Notes: generated from the letters alone by a model not told the origin. Positions 38,570 through 49,836 are shown, numbered from the stretch's first letter. The stretch is 64,000 nt of DNA from Nitrospirota bacterium (GCA_035623825.1 DASPSR010000052.1:1-64000), one strand, 5' to 3'. Made by a program: numbers and translations.

Positions 38570-39805
38570 ATGGGGGAGAAGCTTGCGATTGTTATCGGCG
38601 GGGGCCCGGCCCCGGGGATCAACGGCGTGATCAGCGCTGTCACCTTTGAAGCGGCGAAGCACGGCCTGCAGGTGGTCGGTATCTATGACGGATTCAAGTG
38701 GCTTTCCAAGGGAGACACATCGAAGACCATTCGCCTGGATAATGGAGAAATAACCCGCATCCACCTGCGCGGCGGATCAATTCTGCGCACGTCACGCGAA
38801 AATCCCACCAAGAGCCCGGAGAAGATGGCCAACGTGGTAAAGGCATTGACTGACCTCGGCATCAAATATCTCGTAACCATCGGCGGCGACGATACGGCCT
38901 TCACTGCGACCCGGGTCGAGCAGGAGGCAGGCGGCAGGATCTCCGTCTGCCATGTGCCGAAGACAATAGACAACGACCTTCCGCTCCCGTACGGGATCCC
39001 GACCTTCGGGTTCGAGACCGCGCGCGCGCTCGGCACACATCTGGTCGAGAACATCATGGAGGATGCACGCACGGCGGGAAGGTGGTATTTCGTGATCGCC
39101 ATGGGCCGCTCCGCCGGCCACCTCGCACTCGGAATGGGCATGGGCGCGGGCGCCACGCTCACGCTTATCCCGGAGGAACTGGGCAGCAAGATATCGCTGA
39201 ACAAGGTCGTTTCCATCCTCGAGGGCGCCATAATCAAGCGACTCTCCGCCGGCAGAAACCACGGCGTCGCGGTGATTGCCGAAGGTGTGGCCGCACGGTT
39301 CGACCCAGAAGAACTGACGTTTCTCAAGGATGTGCCGAGGGACGACCACGGCAACATCCGCCTGGCCGAGATCCCACTCGGCGAAATGCTCAAGAAGAAG
39401 GTGCTTGATGACCTCGAAGGGCTCGGCCTCAAGACCACCATAATCGCGAAGGATATCGGCTACGAGCTGCGCTGCCAGCCTCCACTCCCTTATGACCGTG
39501 AGTATACGCGGTACCTCGGGTACAGCGCGGTGAAGTTCCTGGTCGCTGGAGGCACCGGTGCCATGATCATGCTCAAGGACGGAAAAAGCCTGCCGATAAA
39601 ATTCACAGACCTCCTCGATCCCAAGACGGGAAAGACACGTATCCGCACCGTGGACGTCAAGGCCGATGATTACCTCATGGCGAGACGATACATGATTCGT
39701 CTTGAACGGGAGGACATGGAGGGTGAGCCGCTCAGAAAACTCGCGGCCGCGGCGAAGATGGGCATCGAGGATTTCAAGAAGAGATTCTCGGCGGCTGTCG
39801 ATTAG
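38570..39805 (+). CDS. pfp: Pyrophosphate-dependent phosphofructokinase
   Basis: GGGPAPG, GGDD (PPi-type), PKTIDND, MGR, GYELR. Confidence 0.9.
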   Translation: MGEKLAIVIGGGPAPGINGVISAVTFEAAKHGLQVVGIYDGFKWLSKGDTSKTIRLDNGEITRIHLRGGSILRTSRENPTKSPEKMANVVKALTDLGIKYLVTIGGDDTAFTATRVEQEAGGRISVCHVPKTIDNDLPLPYGIPTFGFETARALGTHLVENIMEDARTAGRWYFVIAMGRSAGHLALGMGMGAGATLTLIPEELGSKISLNKVVSILEGAIIKRLSAGRNHGVAVIAEGVAARFDPEELTFLKDVPRDDHGNIRLAEIPLGEMLKKKVLDDLEGLGLKTTIIAKDIGYELRCQPPLPYDREYTRYLGYSAVKFLVAGGTGAMIMLKDGKSLPIKFTDLLDPKTGKTRIRTVDVKADDYLMARRYMIRLEREDMEGEPLRKLAAAAKMGIEDFKKRFSAAVD

Positions 39806-39872
39806 GTCGATGGCGCCCTTACCATGAAATGATGCAGGAGAATGGATAGCCGCACCCGGCTATCCATTCTTT

Positions 39873-40154
39873 TTACAGCGGGATCCTTTTTTCCCGGGCG
39901 ACGTTTCTGAGGATGATCACGGCGTTGTGCAGTCGCTGGAGCTTCATGTTCCTCGATCTGAGCGCAGCCTGATCGCTCCATTCTATCTTTTCGTTCCTCG
40001 TGCCCGTCATCGTCTTATTCAAGTTCTCGAACAGATCCTTGATCATGTCCTTGTCGAATTTCTTAAGGAAGAGTGGGTTCACGGATATATACCCTTCCGC
40101 CACATCAACGGCGACTGCCTTCATGCTCTTCCCTTTATATCCGCTTTCAGCCAT
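39873..40154 (-). CDS. Hypothetical protein (93 aa)
   Basis: Compact ORF 9 bp after the upstream gene; DVAEGY..VNPLFLK, RNMKLQRL. Confidence 0.75.
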   Translation of the reverse strand: MAESGYKGKSMKAVAVDVAEGYISVNPLFLKKFDKDMIKDLFENLNKTMTGTRNEKIEWSDQAALRSRNMKLQRLHNAVIILRNVAREKRIPL

Positions 40155-40163
40155 ATCTGGGCT

Positions 40164-40724
40164 CTAACTTTTCCGGTAGGATTTGATGGCTTTGGCCAGC
40201 AGTTCCTGTCTTTTGTTCACGCTTTCGAGCTGCTTCTGTATCTCATCGCTGTCCGCGCCCTGCCTGATTTTTTCCTGAAGCGCCTGAATGTCTTCGAACA
40301 AGATCTTTGCCGTATCTTCGATGAGGGTCTGGGTGTTTCTACTGTTGTCGCAGAGGCGGCTGAAAGACTTGACCAGGTCCTGGAGCATGGGGTCGTCTGA
40401 CGATCTCAACCTTAAGCATACCGATGTCTCTCCATCGGCCAGGAGTTCGACTGCCCGCTGGATGCGCTGTATGGGGCCAACAAATTTGTGAGAATAGAGC
40501 GTGCCCACGATGCCGATGAAAACCAGTAGCGAGATCAGCGATAAAGGGAGAAAGACGGGGAGTTGAACGATTTGCGCCAGCTTTTGGAAAACCCTCAAGA
40601 GGAGCGTATAGGCGATAAGGAGGAAGATGAGAAATATGATGAATCTCGCCTGCGGCCCCGCAACGTGCAGCAGATATCCCTTCCCCCTCTTGCTTACTAT
40701 GGTGCGCTTGACGGTTTTTGGCAT
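40164..40724 (-). CDS. Two-TM HAMP-domain membrane protein
   Basis: Two TM helices, then SHKFVGPIQRI...LR..D..QDLVKSF and a coiled coil. Confidence 0.75.
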   Translation of the reverse strand: MPKTVKRTIVSKRGKGYLLHVAGPQARFIIFLIFLLIAYTLLLRVFQKLAQIVQLPVFLPLSLISLLVFIGIVGTLYSHKFVGPIQRIQRAVELLADGETSVCLRLRSSDDPMLQDLVKSFSRLCDNSRNTQTLIEDTAKILFEDIQALQEKIRQGADSDEIQKQLESVNKRQELLAKAIKSYRKS

Positions 40725-40872
40725 AGAGCCGTTTCAGTCCTGACGATACGCCTGTTCGGCCGATTCATGCGTCTGGAACAAACGTTGGTTGAAATTATAC
40801 TGATAAAATAGTGGTAGGTCAAGGTCATAATTTTGCCTTGAAGTCCCGGCACCCCTGTGGTAGAGTTTTATC

Positions 40873-41862
40873 ATGTCACTCTACGATCCTCTGCAGAGGC
40901 GCATCGATTACCTGCGGGTATCGGTCACCGACCGTTGCAACCTTGCGTGCGTATACTGCAAACCCAGGACAAAGATGAAAGTGCTGACGCACGATCAGAT
41001 CCTGCGATACGAGGAGATACTTCGTCTGGTAACGGTCGCGGCATCGCTCGGGATATCCCGTGTCCGCGTGACCGGCGGGGAACCACTCGTACGTCGTGGG
41101 ATCATTGATTTTATCGCATCGCTGAGGGGGTGCGGCGGCATCAAGGATGTCAGCATTACCACCAACGGCGTTCTGCTCGAGGAAATGGCCGAAGCGCTCG
41201 CTGAAGCAGGCAAGCCCAGACTGAATATAAGCCTTGACTCGCTGAATGCCCGAAAATTCCACGAAATTACGGGAAGCGATTCCTGGGCGGCGGTATGGCG
41301 AGGGATCGCCCGCGCCGAAGAGATGGGTTTTTACCCGCTGAAGATTAACATGGTTCCCGTCAGGGGGATTAACGAGGACGAAGTGGCGGATTTCGCTCGA
41401 CTCACGCTTGACCGCCGGATCCATGTCCGCTTTATCGAATTCATGCCGATTGGTGCGAACGATCGCTGGAAGCGGGACATATGCGTTACTTCGGACCAGG
41501 TGCGGAGCGTTATCGAGCAGGAGGTCGGACCGCTCATTCCGTACACCGAAGGAAAGACGGCGGGCCCTTCTGACAACTACCAGATACCCGGTGCGCACGG
41601 GGTGATCGGCTTTATCAGCCCCATTACCAAACATTTTTGCGGAACATGCAGGCGCCTCAGACTGACTGCGGACGGCAGGATACGTCCCTGCCTGCTTTCG
41701 GATACCGAGATCGACCTGAAATCGCCCATGCGCGGGGGATGCGACGACAAAGAGCTGGAACGGCTGCTCAGGCTTTCACTCGAGATCAAGCCGGAGAGGC
41801 ACTATATAGATGATCAAGGGGCCAGATGCTATAAACGGACCATGTCCAGAATCGGCGGATAG
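40873..41862 (+). CDS. moaA: GTP 3',8-cyclase MoaA
   Basis: YLRVSVTDRCNLACVYC, FCGTCRRLRLTADG..PCL, C-terminal MSRIGG. Confidence 0.97.
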   Translation: MSLYDPLQRRIDYLRVSVTDRCNLACVYCKPRTKMKVLTHDQILRYEEILRLVTVAASLGISRVRVTGGEPLVRRGIIDFIASLRGCGGIKDVSITTNGVLLEEMAEALAEAGKPRLNISLDSLNARKFHEITGSDSWAAVWRGIARAEEMGFYPLKINMVPVRGINEDEVADFARLTLDRRIHVRFIEFMPIGANDRWKRDICVTSDQVRSVIEQEVGPLIPYTEGKTAGPSDNYQIPGAHGVIGFISPITKHFCGTCRRLRLTADGRIRPCLLSDTEIDLKSPMRGGCDDKELERLLRLSLEIKPERHYIDDQGARCYKRTMSRIGG

Positions 41863-41999
41863 AGATCTAAATTCCGAATCACGATTGCCAGGCCCCTGAT
41901 AAGCGCTTGCAGCTTTTTTAACAAAACAGCTTGAAATTTGGCCTTTTGGGATTAATTTGTGATTTGCCCTTGAGATTTGCAACTCTTTATTGGTGAGCG

Positions 42000-42485
42000 A
42001 TGTCTAAACTAACTCATTTTGATGAACAAGGGGCCGCGCGCATGGTCGATGTCTCGAGCAAAGAAGAAACAGCACGCGAGGCTGTGGCTGCGGGCCGTGT
42101 CACCATGAAGGCCGAGACACTGAAGCTCATTCTCGACCGAAAAGTCGCCAAGGGAGATGTTTTTAGCGTCGCGAGGATCGCGGGAATCATGGCCGCCAAG
42201 AAGACCGCAGAGCTTATCCCCCTGTGTCACGCTCTGAACCTCACGTCTGTCGAGATAGCCTTTGAGCCGAACGAAACATCATCGTATGTTAATATCCACG
42301 CCGCTGTCAAGACCACCGACAGGACCGGTGTCGAGATGGAAGCGCTCATCGCCGTTTCGGCAGCGGGGCTCACGATCTATGACATGTGCAAGGCCGTTGA
42401 CCGGGCCATGACCGTCACCGACATCCGTCTGGTCAAAAAGGCAGGGGGTAAAAGCGGCACGTTTGAGCGAAAAAATGATACGTGA
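42000..42485 (+). CDS. moaC: Cyclic pyranopterin monophosphate synthase MoaC
   Basis: LTHFD..G.ARMVDVS, LIPLCH, TGVEMEAL, YDMCKAVD, GGKSG. Confidence 0.97.
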   Translation: MSKLTHFDEQGAARMVDVSSKEETAREAVAAGRVTMKAETLKLILDRKVAKGDVFSVARIAGIMAAKKTAELIPLCHALNLTSVEIAFEPNETSSYVNIHAAVKTTDRTGVEMEALIAVSAAGLTIYDMCKAVDRAMTVTDIRLVKKAGGKSGTFERKNDT

Positions 42486-42543
42486 CGCATGATGCATGCG
42501 GAATCCATATGAGCCGCTCAATCCCGCAACGGAGAAGTGGACC

Positions 42544-43269
42544 ATGCCTGAACTCCGAATCGGCTGCAGCGGGTTTAGCTATCAGCACTGGCGAGGGATA
42601 TTCTACCCGGAGCAACTGGCAGAACGCAGGCGGCTTGGATATTACAGCAGCGTATTCTCTACCGTGGAACTCAACGTTACCTTCTACCGCCTGCCTCGGC
42701 CGGCTACCTTCGATCTATGGTATAAAGAAACCCCTCCTGACTTCCGATATTCGGTAAAAGGCAGCAGGTTCATCACCCATGTGAAGAGACTCCTCAGCAC
42801 GGAAGCCCCCCTCAAATTGTTCTTTGAACACACGCTGCGATTACAAGAAAAGCTCAAAGTCATCCTTTGGCAGCTCCCTCCGACGCTCAAGGGGAATAAG
42901 GAGAGGCTCGCCGCATTTATAGCGTTGCTCAAAAAATTCCCGGTTCGCAATGCCCTTGAGTTCAGGCATGAAAGCTGGATCGATACCGATGTCATGGATC
43001 TCTGCAGGGATCATAACGTGAGCGTTTGCATGGCGGATTGGCCCAGGTTCATCGATGACCCGCCGCTGACGGCTGATTTCGTCTATATCCGAAGGCACGG
43101 CGAAGGCGGGTCGTATGCTACACGCTATTCAGCGGCTCAACTGAACAAGGATGCGGCAAGGATAAGACAATACTTGAAAGATCATAGGGATGTCTTTATT
43201 TACTTCAACAACGACGCTTTTGGCTATGCGCCGACAAACGCACGGGAACTGATGGAGATTTTGAAATGA
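42544..43269 (+). CDS. DUF72 (YecE-like) protein
   Basis: IGCSGFSYQHW, VELNVTFY, EFRHESW, YFNND. Confidence 0.9.
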   Translation: MPELRIGCSGFSYQHWRGIFYPEQLAERRRLGYYSSVFSTVELNVTFYRLPRPATFDLWYKETPPDFRYSVKGSRFITHVKRLLSTEAPLKLFFEHTLRLQEKLKVILWQLPPTLKGNKERLAAFIALLKKFPVRNALEFRHESWIDTDVMDLCRDHNVSVCMADWPRFIDDPPLTADFVYIRRHGEGGSYATRYSAAQLNKDAARIRQYLKDHRDVFIYFNNDAFGYAPTNARELMEILK

Positions 43270-43354
43270 TCGGCGGTATTGAAAAAAAAACAAAAGAGCA
43301 GTACTATTCCACGACCGGCAAGCCGGAGAAGAAGACTAATCAGTGGAGATTGGG

Positions 43355-43612
43355 ATGAAAGAAAAACTTATGGAAGAAGAGAAAAGAATGAGGCGTCTTC
43401 GTTTCATTGTCGACCTTGCGCAGGCGATCCTCATGCAGCAAAACGACCTAACCCTGAAGGAAGCTTTCACAATAATGAAGGACACAAAAGCAGCGGCCCT
43501 GCACCTGTTCCCGGAGAAAGAAGACGTCTATGAACTCATCTATGCGCCGAGATTCCGCAGAATCATTGCCGAGCGTTTTGTGATTCCTGGCGGACTATCG
43601 GGCGGGAACTGA
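43355..43612 (+). CDS. Hypothetical protein (~85 aa)
   Basis: GGAG RBS; RRLRFIVD...LFPEKEDVYELIYAPRFRR. Confidence 0.75.
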   Translation: MKEKLMEEEKRMRRLRFIVDLAQAILMQQNDLTLKEAFTIMKDTKAAALHLFPEKEDVYELIYAPRFRRIIAERFVIPGGLSGGN

Positions 43613-43728
43613 GCATCTTGCATTCCTCCCGCGGCAGCAATGACACCATGGGCTTTTCATTTTACCCTTCCTCAAGTGGCAGTCTAACCCAGAGAGTTAA
43701 AAAAACAATAAATACAGCATATTACATA

Positions 43729-43769
43729 TTAGCACTCTACTTGACAGAGTGCTAATATTGTGCTATAAA
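43729..43769 (+). promoter_or_regulatory. CIRCE operator overlapping a sigma70 promoter (upstream of hsp20)
   Basis: Perfect TTAGCACTC-N9-GAGTGCTAA at 43729-43755; TTGACA (43741) lies in the spacer, N17, then TATAAA. Confidence 0.95.
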
Positions 43770-43794
43770 TAAAGTGCGAAAATAAAAGCAGCAT

Positions 43795-43840
43795 AAGGAG
43801 GTGAACATCGGTGAAATAAAGACCTTTAAGGATATGGTTG
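43795..43840 (+). pseudogene. Possible decayed 5' remnant of groES
   Basis: AAGGAGG then GTGAAATAAAGACCTTTAAGGATATGGTT resembles coding sequence for MKIRPLxDRV with small indels. Confidence 0.4.
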
Positions 43841-43998
43841 AATTTACCTCTGAGATCTCCACAAGACAGACACTTCGTCGATTTTCGTCAGGCTTCACCA
43901 GCCGCGGCCTGGGGAGATGAGCTCAGGTTAAATAAGCATTTTGATGTGGAGATGTTGAAAAATCTAGCCCATGAAGGGATAAAAGAGGAGGGATGGAT

Positions 43999-44529
43999 AT
44001 GAAAAGCATAACTCGTTGGGATCCCTTTAATGTCATGAGGAGCTGGGATCCTTTTGATGAACTTCATGAAATGCAAAGAGGCATGGACAGGCTATTTGAC
44101 CGCTTTTTTGGGAAAATGGGAAGGGACCTGAAGCCTCTAGAGCATGTTGCCGCGTGGACGCCGTCGATTGAAAGCTACATGAAAGAAGGACATCTCGTGT
44201 TCAAAGCTGAGCTCCCGGGTTTGGATCCGAAGGATCTGGATGTAAGCATCGTTGACAGAGAACTGGTAATCAAGGGCGAGCGGAAATCGGAGAAAGGCGC
44301 GAAGGAAGAGGATTATATCTATCGGGAGATCACCTACGGCTCTTTTGAGAGGCGTTTCCTGCTGCCAGAGGGTGTAAAGACCGAAGAATTGAAGGCAAAA
44401 TACACCAACGGTATCCTTGAGATTACGGTGCCGGCGCCCGCTGTTGCCAAGGCGCGCAAGATCGAAATCGAAGCACCCAAGGGAACGAAAGTGGTCGAGG
44501 GTGAGGTTGCCGCAAAAAAGGCAGCGTAA
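43999..44529 (+). CDS. Hsp20/alpha-crystallin small heat shock protein
   Basis: WDPF, AELPG, IKGER, YGSFERRF.LP, AKYTNGILEI. Confidence 0.95.
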   Translation: MKSITRWDPFNVMRSWDPFDELHEMQRGMDRLFDRFFGKMGRDLKPLEHVAAWTPSIESYMKEGHLVFKAELPGLDPKDLDVSIVDRELVIKGERKSEKGAKEEDYIYREITYGSFERRFLLPEGVKTEELKAKYTNGILEITVPAPAVAKARKIEIEAPKGTKVVEGEVAAKKAA

Positions 44530-44584
44530 AACAACCCAGGGTTCAATGAACTGCTTCCGATGCCCTGATTACACGAAGGGAGGG

Positions 44585-44620
44585 CCATCCTGCATATGAA
44601 GCAGCAGGATGGTTTTTTTT
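44585..44620 (+). terminator. Intrinsic terminator after hsp20
   Basis: CCATCCTGC...GCAGGATGG followed by T8. Confidence 0.85.
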
Positions 44621-44656
44621 GCCCTGGGCAGTAAAATTCATGCTACTAATAAGCAC

Positions 44657-44713
44657 TTGACACAAAGGAACCCATGTGCTAAATTATTAGCACTCTATTG
44701 CTATGAGTGCTAA
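44657..44713 (+). promoter_or_regulatory. Sigma70 promoter and CIRCE operator of the hrcA-grpE-dnaK operon
   Basis: TTGACA-N17-TAAATT; perfect TTAGCACTC-N9-GAGTGCTAA at 44687-44713. Confidence 0.95.
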
Positions 44714-44737
44714 TAGGAATGTAACGGGTTGTTAGAA

Positions 44738-45784
44738 ATGGAGTTAGAAGAAAGGTATAGGAGAGTACTACAGTCTGTCATAGACAGCTATATTGCGACC
44801 GGGATCCCGATTGGTTCGCACGTTCTGGCAAGGCGCTATGACTTCGGGTTGAGCTCCGCAACGCTCCGGAACATCATGGCCGAACTTGAGGAAATGGGTT
44901 ATCTGACCCATCCACATACTTCGGCCGGCAGGATACCCACGGACTGGGGGTACCGGTATTATATTGACACCCTGATAAGCATACATAACGAGACCGACGA
45001 TATCGAAGACCATTTGCGTCAGACACCTCCGCCGCACAGTGGGGATCTCCATGAGCTCATGGCGGAGGCCAGCCAGTTCCTCGCAGCCCTCTCTCACTGT
45101 GCAGCCGTCGTAATCGCGCCATCCGAGCCCGAGGGGAGATACAGGCATGTAGAATTCGTGCGTCTGCGCGGGAGACAGGTGCTCATTATCTTCGTCACGA
45201 GCACTGGAATCGTCCAGAACAAGCTCATCGAACTGGACGAATCCATCCAGCAGCACGATTTGAACACATTCAGCGTTTATCTCGATGAGGAGCTCGTGCA
45301 CCACTCCTTATCCGAGATCCGGCAGCGGCTCGTTGAAAAGATGAATGAAGAAAAGCGCCTCTTCATGCGCCTGATGGAGCAGACATACCGGGCCAGCCAG
45401 GAGGTGCAGGAGCGGGACGTCGAGAAGGTATATATTGGCGGAGCATCCCAGATACTCGAGAACCCCGAGTTCGCGAACGTCGACAAGATGCGATCGCTGT
45501 TCAAAGCTCTGGAGGACAAATACAAGCTGCTCAAGCTCCTCGACCGGAGCGTAGCCGCCGAGGGAATCAAAGTCTTCATCGGATCAGAAAATCCTTATTT
45601 CGAAATGCAGGGGTGCAGCCTGGTTGTCAGCAGCTACAAAGCGGGAGAGAGCATTATCGGCACCTTGGGAGTGATCGGCCCCACGCGGATGAAGTATAGG
45701 CAGGTGATCCAGGTCGTGGATTATACGGCAAAGCTGGTGAGCAAGCTTCTGGATGAGCGGTTTCAGAAAGGTATCAAACGATGA
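44738..45784 (+). CDS. hrcA: Heat-inducible transcription repressor HrcA
   Basis: SSATLRNIM..LE..GYL.HPHTSAGRIPT, GVIGPTRM.Y; CIRCE upstream. Confidence 0.97.
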   Translation: MELEERYRRVLQSVIDSYIATGIPIGSHVLARRYDFGLSSATLRNIMAELEEMGYLTHPHTSAGRIPTDWGYRYYIDTLISIHNETDDIEDHLRQTPPPHSGDLHELMAEASQFLAALSHCAAVVIAPSEPEGRYRHVEFVRLRGRQVLIIFVTSTGIVQNKLIELDESIQQHDLNTFSVYLDEELVHHSLSEIRQRLVEKMNEEKRLFMRLMEQTYRASQEVQERDVEKVYIGGASQILENPEFANVDKMRSLFKALEDKYKLLKLLDRSVAAEGIKVFIGSENPYFEMQGCSLVVSSYKAGESIIGTLGVIGPTRMKYRQVIQVVDYTAKLVSKLLDERFQKGIKR

Positions 45785-46386
45785 AGAAAGAGTTTGAAGA
45801 CGTTAGAGAAGAGGACGAAGAGTGGAACGCTGCGTCGCATGAGAAGGGCGAGGAGGGTGCCGTGTCCGCGATTCCGGAAGAGGAGTCAGACAAGCTCAAA
45901 AAGGCGCTCGAACGGAAAACAAAAGAGGCCGCAGACGAGCACGATAAATATCTCAGACTCTATGCGGAATTCGACAATTACCGCAAGCGCATGCAGCGTG
46001 ATCTCGCGGATTTCCGTAAATACGCGAACGAACAGCTCGCTTTGGAACTCTTGAGCGTAGCGGACCATCTGGGCCTTGCCCTCAAGCACGCGGCAGATAG
46101 TGGCGAGACGGTACAGGGTTTACGCGAGGGAGTGGAGCTTGTGCTTAAGCAGCTCCGCGATGTGCTCGAGAAATTCGGAGTCAAGGCATTCTCGGCTGCC
46201 GGACAGCCCTTCGATCCAGCCCAGCATGACGCCATGATGCAGACGATCACGGACGAGGTGCCCGAGAACACAGTGGTGGATGTAATGCAGGAGGGCTACT
46301 TGTACCACGACAAGGTGTTACGCCATGCTAAGGTGAGTGTATCTAAGAAACCGCAGGGGGAAGATGAAGAGGCGGTTAGTGAGTAA
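45781..46386 (+). CDS. grpE: Nucleotide exchange factor GrpE
   Basis: RLYAEFDNYRKR, FDPAQHDAM, GY....VLRHAKV. Confidence 0.97.
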   Translation: MKKEFEDVREEDEEWNAASHEKGEEGAVSAIPEEESDKLKKALERKTKEAADEHDKYLRLYAEFDNYRKRMQRDLADFRKYANEQLALELLSVADHLGLALKHAADSGETVQGLREGVELVLKQLRDVLEKFGVKAFSAAGQPFDPAQHDAMMQTITDEVPENTVVDVMQEGYLYHDKVLRHAKVSVSKKPQGEDEEAVSE

Positions 46387-46526
46387 AGTACAAAGCACGA
46401 AGATCGGAGTCCTATAATTTCCAAGCCCGATCGTTCGAATTTCTGCATAGTTTCAGTTTTGCATTTCGGTTCTGATGTTTTTTAGGGTTTACGATTCTGT
46501 ATTCCGAAATTTTCAAGGAGGCTTTT

Positions 46527-48452
46527 ATGGGAAAAGTGATAGGAATTGATCTGGGGACGACTAACTCCTGCGTTGCGGTCATGGAAGGCGGCGAGCCTGT
46601 CGTTATCCCGAATTCAGAAGGCAGCCGTACCACCCCATCCGTAGTAGCCGTCACCGAGAGCGGAGAACGGCTTGTGGGCCAGATCGCGAAGCGGCAGGCG
46701 ATCACCAACCCCGATAACACGATATTCTCGATCAAGCGGCTCATCGGCAGAAAATACGATTCACAGGAGGTGACCGCGGCGAGGAAACATCTGCCGTACA
46801 AGATTGTGAAGGCCGCGAACGGCGATGCCCATGTGGAGATCCGAGGCAAGGCTTACAGCCCTGCGGAGATTTCCGCGATGATTTTGACGAAAATGAAGCA
46901 GACCGCCGAGGACTACCTGGGTGAAAAAGTGACCGACGCGGTGGTCACTGTGCCGGCGTATTTCAACGACAGCCAGCGTCAGGCCACAAAGGACGCCGGC
47001 CAGATCGCGGGGCTGAACGTGCTCCGTATCATCAACGAACCTACGGCCGCATCCCTGGCATACGGCATGGACAAGAAGAAGGACGAGACAATAGGGGTGT
47101 ACGACCTGGGCGGCGGCACGTTCGATATCTCGATCCTTGAACTCGGAGAGGGTGTGTTCGAGGTGAAGTCGACGAACGGCGATACGTTCCTGGGCGGAGA
47201 CGATTTCGACGAACGGATCATCAAGTGGCTGGCGGATGAGTTTTTAAGGGACCAGGGTATCGACCTGCGCAAGGACAAAATGGCGCTCCAACGCCTCAAA
47301 GAGGCAGCGGAGAAGGCGAAGTGCGAACTGTCCACGGTCATGGAGACAGAGATCAACCTGCCATTCATCACCGCCGACGCCAGCGGGCCGAAGCACCTGC
47401 TCTACAAGCTGTCGCGAGCTAAGCTTGAACAGCTTGTAGACGATCTTGTCAAGAAGAGCATCGAACCGGTCAGGAAGGCGCTGAGCGACGCCGGCAAGAG
47501 CGTGGAGCAGATCAACGAAGCGGTCCTCGTGGGCGGTATGACGCGCATGCCCAAGGTGATACAAACGGTGAAGGAGTTCTTCAAGAGGGAGCCGCACCGC
47601 GGCGTCAACCCCGATGAGGTCGTGGCTATTGGTGCCGCCATCCAGGGCGCAGTGCTCACCGGACAGGTGAAGGACGTTCTGCTTCTCGATGTGACGCCGC
47701 TGTCCCTCGGCATCGAGACCCTCGGCGGCGTGACGACGCGTCTTATTGAGCGAAACACAACGATCCCGACCAAGAAGAGCCAGGTGTTCTCCACGGCGTC
47801 GGACAATCAGACCGCCGTGTCCATCCACGTGCTTCAGGGAGAGCGTGAGATGGCGATGGACAACAAGACCCTCGGCAGGTTCGAACTGGTCGGTATTCCA
47901 CCTGCGCCGCGCGGTATTCCTCAGATCGAGGTGACCTTCGACATCGACGCGAACGGCATTGTGCACGTCCTGGCCAAGGACCTCGGCACAGGCAGGGAGC
48001 AGTCGATCAAGATCACGGCGTCGAGTGGGCTGAGCAAGGACGAGATCGAGAAGGCGCTCAAAGAGAGCGAGGCGCACTCAGCGGAAGACAAGAAGAAGCG
48101 CGAGTTCGCCGAGGCGCGGAACGAGGCTGATACCCTTATCTATTCAGTTGAGAAGTCCGTGGCTGATTACGGCTCAAAGCTCTCAGAGGCGGAACGATCT
48201 GACATCCAGAAGGCTCTCGAACATGCGAAGAGCGTGAAGGACGGTACGGACATCGATGCCATCAAAAAGGCCGTGGCCGATCTCTCCAAAGCGTCACATA
48301 AGCTCGCGGAGGAAGTCTACTCCAAGATGAGCAGGGAGCAGGGTCAGGCGGGCACCGGCGGGGCTGCCGGGAGCACGGCCGGAGAAGGCCGCAAGCCCGA
48401 GGAAAAGGTCGTTGACGCAGAGTTCGAAGACGTAGACAAGGACAAGAAGTAA
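46527..48452 (+). CDS. dnaK: Chaperone DnaK
   Basis: [32 protein letters not shown]. Confidence 0.99.
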   Translation: MGKVIGIDLGTTNSCVAVMEGGEPVVIPNSEGSRTTPSVVAVTESGERLVGQIAKRQAITNPDNTIFSIKRLIGRKYDSQEVTAARKHLPYKIVKAANGDAHVEIRGKAYSPAEISAMILTKMKQTAEDYLGEKVTDAVVTVPAYFNDSQRQATKDAGQIAGLNVLRIINEPTAASLAYGMDKKKDETIGVYDLGGGTFDISILELGEGVFEVKSTNGDTFLGGDDFDERIIKWLADEFLRDQGIDLRKDKMALQRLKEAAEKAKCELSTVMETEINLPFITADASGPKHLLYKLSRAKLEQLVDDLVKKSIEPVRKALSDAGKSVEQINEAVLVGGMTRMPKVIQTVKEFFKREPHRGVNPDEVVAIGAAIQGAVLTGQVKDVLLLDVTPLSLGIETLGGVTTRLIERNTTIPTKKSQVFSTASDNQTAVSIHVLQGEREMAMDNKTLGRFELVGIPPAPRGIPQIEVTFDIDANGIVHVLAKDLGTGREQSIKITASSGLSKDEIEKALKESEAHSAEDKKKREFAEARNEADTLIYSVEKSVADYGSKLSEAERSDIQKALEHAKSVKDGTDIDAIKKAVADLSKASHKLAEEVYSKMSREQGQAGTGGAAGSTAGEGRKPEEKVVDAEFEDVDKDKK

Positions 48453-48720
48453 CAGAATGCACGACTCAAGAGGATAGCAGGGAAAGGGTTGTCGCGAACC
48501 TGCTGTCCTCTTTTTTGTGAATAACGCCAAGACAGGCATGGAGACACGGGGAAAAGCCAAATCCCATGCTTCAAACCACGAGTCACAAATCAATGGCAGA
48601 TTCCCGGATGCCGGGAGTCTTGAGATGGATGTTCGAGATTTGATTGTGATTTGACTGAACGTTCAGGCTTCCCCAAGCTCTTTTTTGATCTGTGGTGTCT
48701 TGCGTTTCATGAAGGATATT

Positions 48721-49836
48721 ATGGCAACGGATTATTATGATCTGCTTGGTGTTCACCGGAACGCGACTGATGCCGAGATCAAACGCGCCTACCGCAGGCT
48801 TGCGCACGAGTACCACCCGGACAAAAATCCTGACAACAAGGCGGCCGAGGAGAAGTTCAAGGAAATTAACCAAGCGTATGAGGTCCTATCCGACGCGCAG
48901 AAACGCGCTTACTACGACCAGTACGGGACGATTCCCGGAGCACAGGGCGGCCCGGGCTTCGGCGGGTTCGGCGCCGGCATGGGCATGGGCGACATTTTCG
49001 GCGATATCTTCGAGGAATTCTTCGGCGGCCGCGGCAGGGCGCGGGCAACAGCGGGAGAAGACCTCCGTTACAATCTCCGGATAAGCTTCGAAGATGCGGC
49101 GTCAGGAACGACGACCAAGATCCGCGTCCCCCGCTGGGAGCGCTGCTCCGAATGCGAAGGAAGCGGAGCCAAGCCGGGTACCTCGCCGGTAACGTGCACG
49201 GTTTGCCATGGCGCGGGCCAGATCCGTACTCAGCAGGGGTTCTTCAGCATCAGCCGTACCTGTTCGCGCTGCGGCGGAGAAGGCAAGATCATCACCGACC
49301 CCTGTCCGACGTGCCGAGGCCGGAAGCGAGTGGAGCGTGAACGCACGCTGTCAGTTAAGATCCCGGCCGGCGTGGAGACCGGCAATACCATTCGCTTGAC
49401 GGGTGAAGGCGAACTTGGTTCATACGGCGGACAACCCGGAGACCTCTATGTGTACCTTGCAGTGGATGAACACCCGCTGTTTAAACGGGAAGGGCAGGAC
49501 ATCATCTGCGATGTGCCGATCAGCTTTGCTCATGCGGCGCTCGGCGAGGAGATCGAGGTTCCCACGCTCACCGGGAGCACCAAATTGAAGATCCCGGCAG
49601 GAACCCAGCCAGGCCATGTCTTCAGGCTGCGCGGGAAGGGTTTCCCGTTCCTGCGCGGTTCGGGTTCCGGCGACCAGCTCTGCAGGGTTGTTGTCGAAGT
49701 GCCATCAAAGCTCACCACTCGCCAAAAAGACCTGCTTCGAGAGTTTGAAAGCCTCAGCGGTGACACGGCAACGCCAATTACGAAGGGATTTTTGGAAAAG
49801 GTCAAGGAGATCTTTGGCGAGAAGGCTAAGAAATAA
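48721..49836 (+). CDS. dnaJ: Chaperone DnaJ
   Basis: J domain HPD, G/F region, four CxxCxGxG-type repeats. Confidence 0.98.
   Translation: MATDYYDLLGVHRNATDAEIKRAYRRLAHEYHPDKNPDNKAAEEKFKEINQAYEVLSDAQKRAYYDQYGTIPGAQGGPGFGGFGAGMGMGDIFGDIFEEFFGGRGRARATAGEDLRYNLRISFEDAASGTTTKIRVPRWERCSECEGSGAKPGTSPVTCTVCHGAGQIRTQQGFFSISRTCSRCGGEGKIITDPCPTCRGRKRVERERTLSVKIPAGVETGNTIRLTGEGELGSYGGQPGDLYVYLAVDEHPLFKREGQDIICDVPISFAHAALGEEIEVPTLTGSTKLKIPAGTQPGHVFRLRGKGFPFLRGSGSGDQLCRVVVEVPSKLTTRQKDLLREFESLSGDTATPITKGFLEKVKEIFGEKAKK

Noticed and set aside
44011-44060. Duplicated WDPF motif in the Hsp20 N-terminus
   Set aside because: WDPF-type repeats are a known feature of small heat shock proteins.
8095-47806. Long antisense ORFs (e.g. 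8095-9030, 15528-16421, 20293-21387, 31153-32217, 38683-39441, 40876-41634)
   Set aside because: Shadow frames of well-supported genes, as expected from codon bias in GC-rich DNA; no recognisable motifs.
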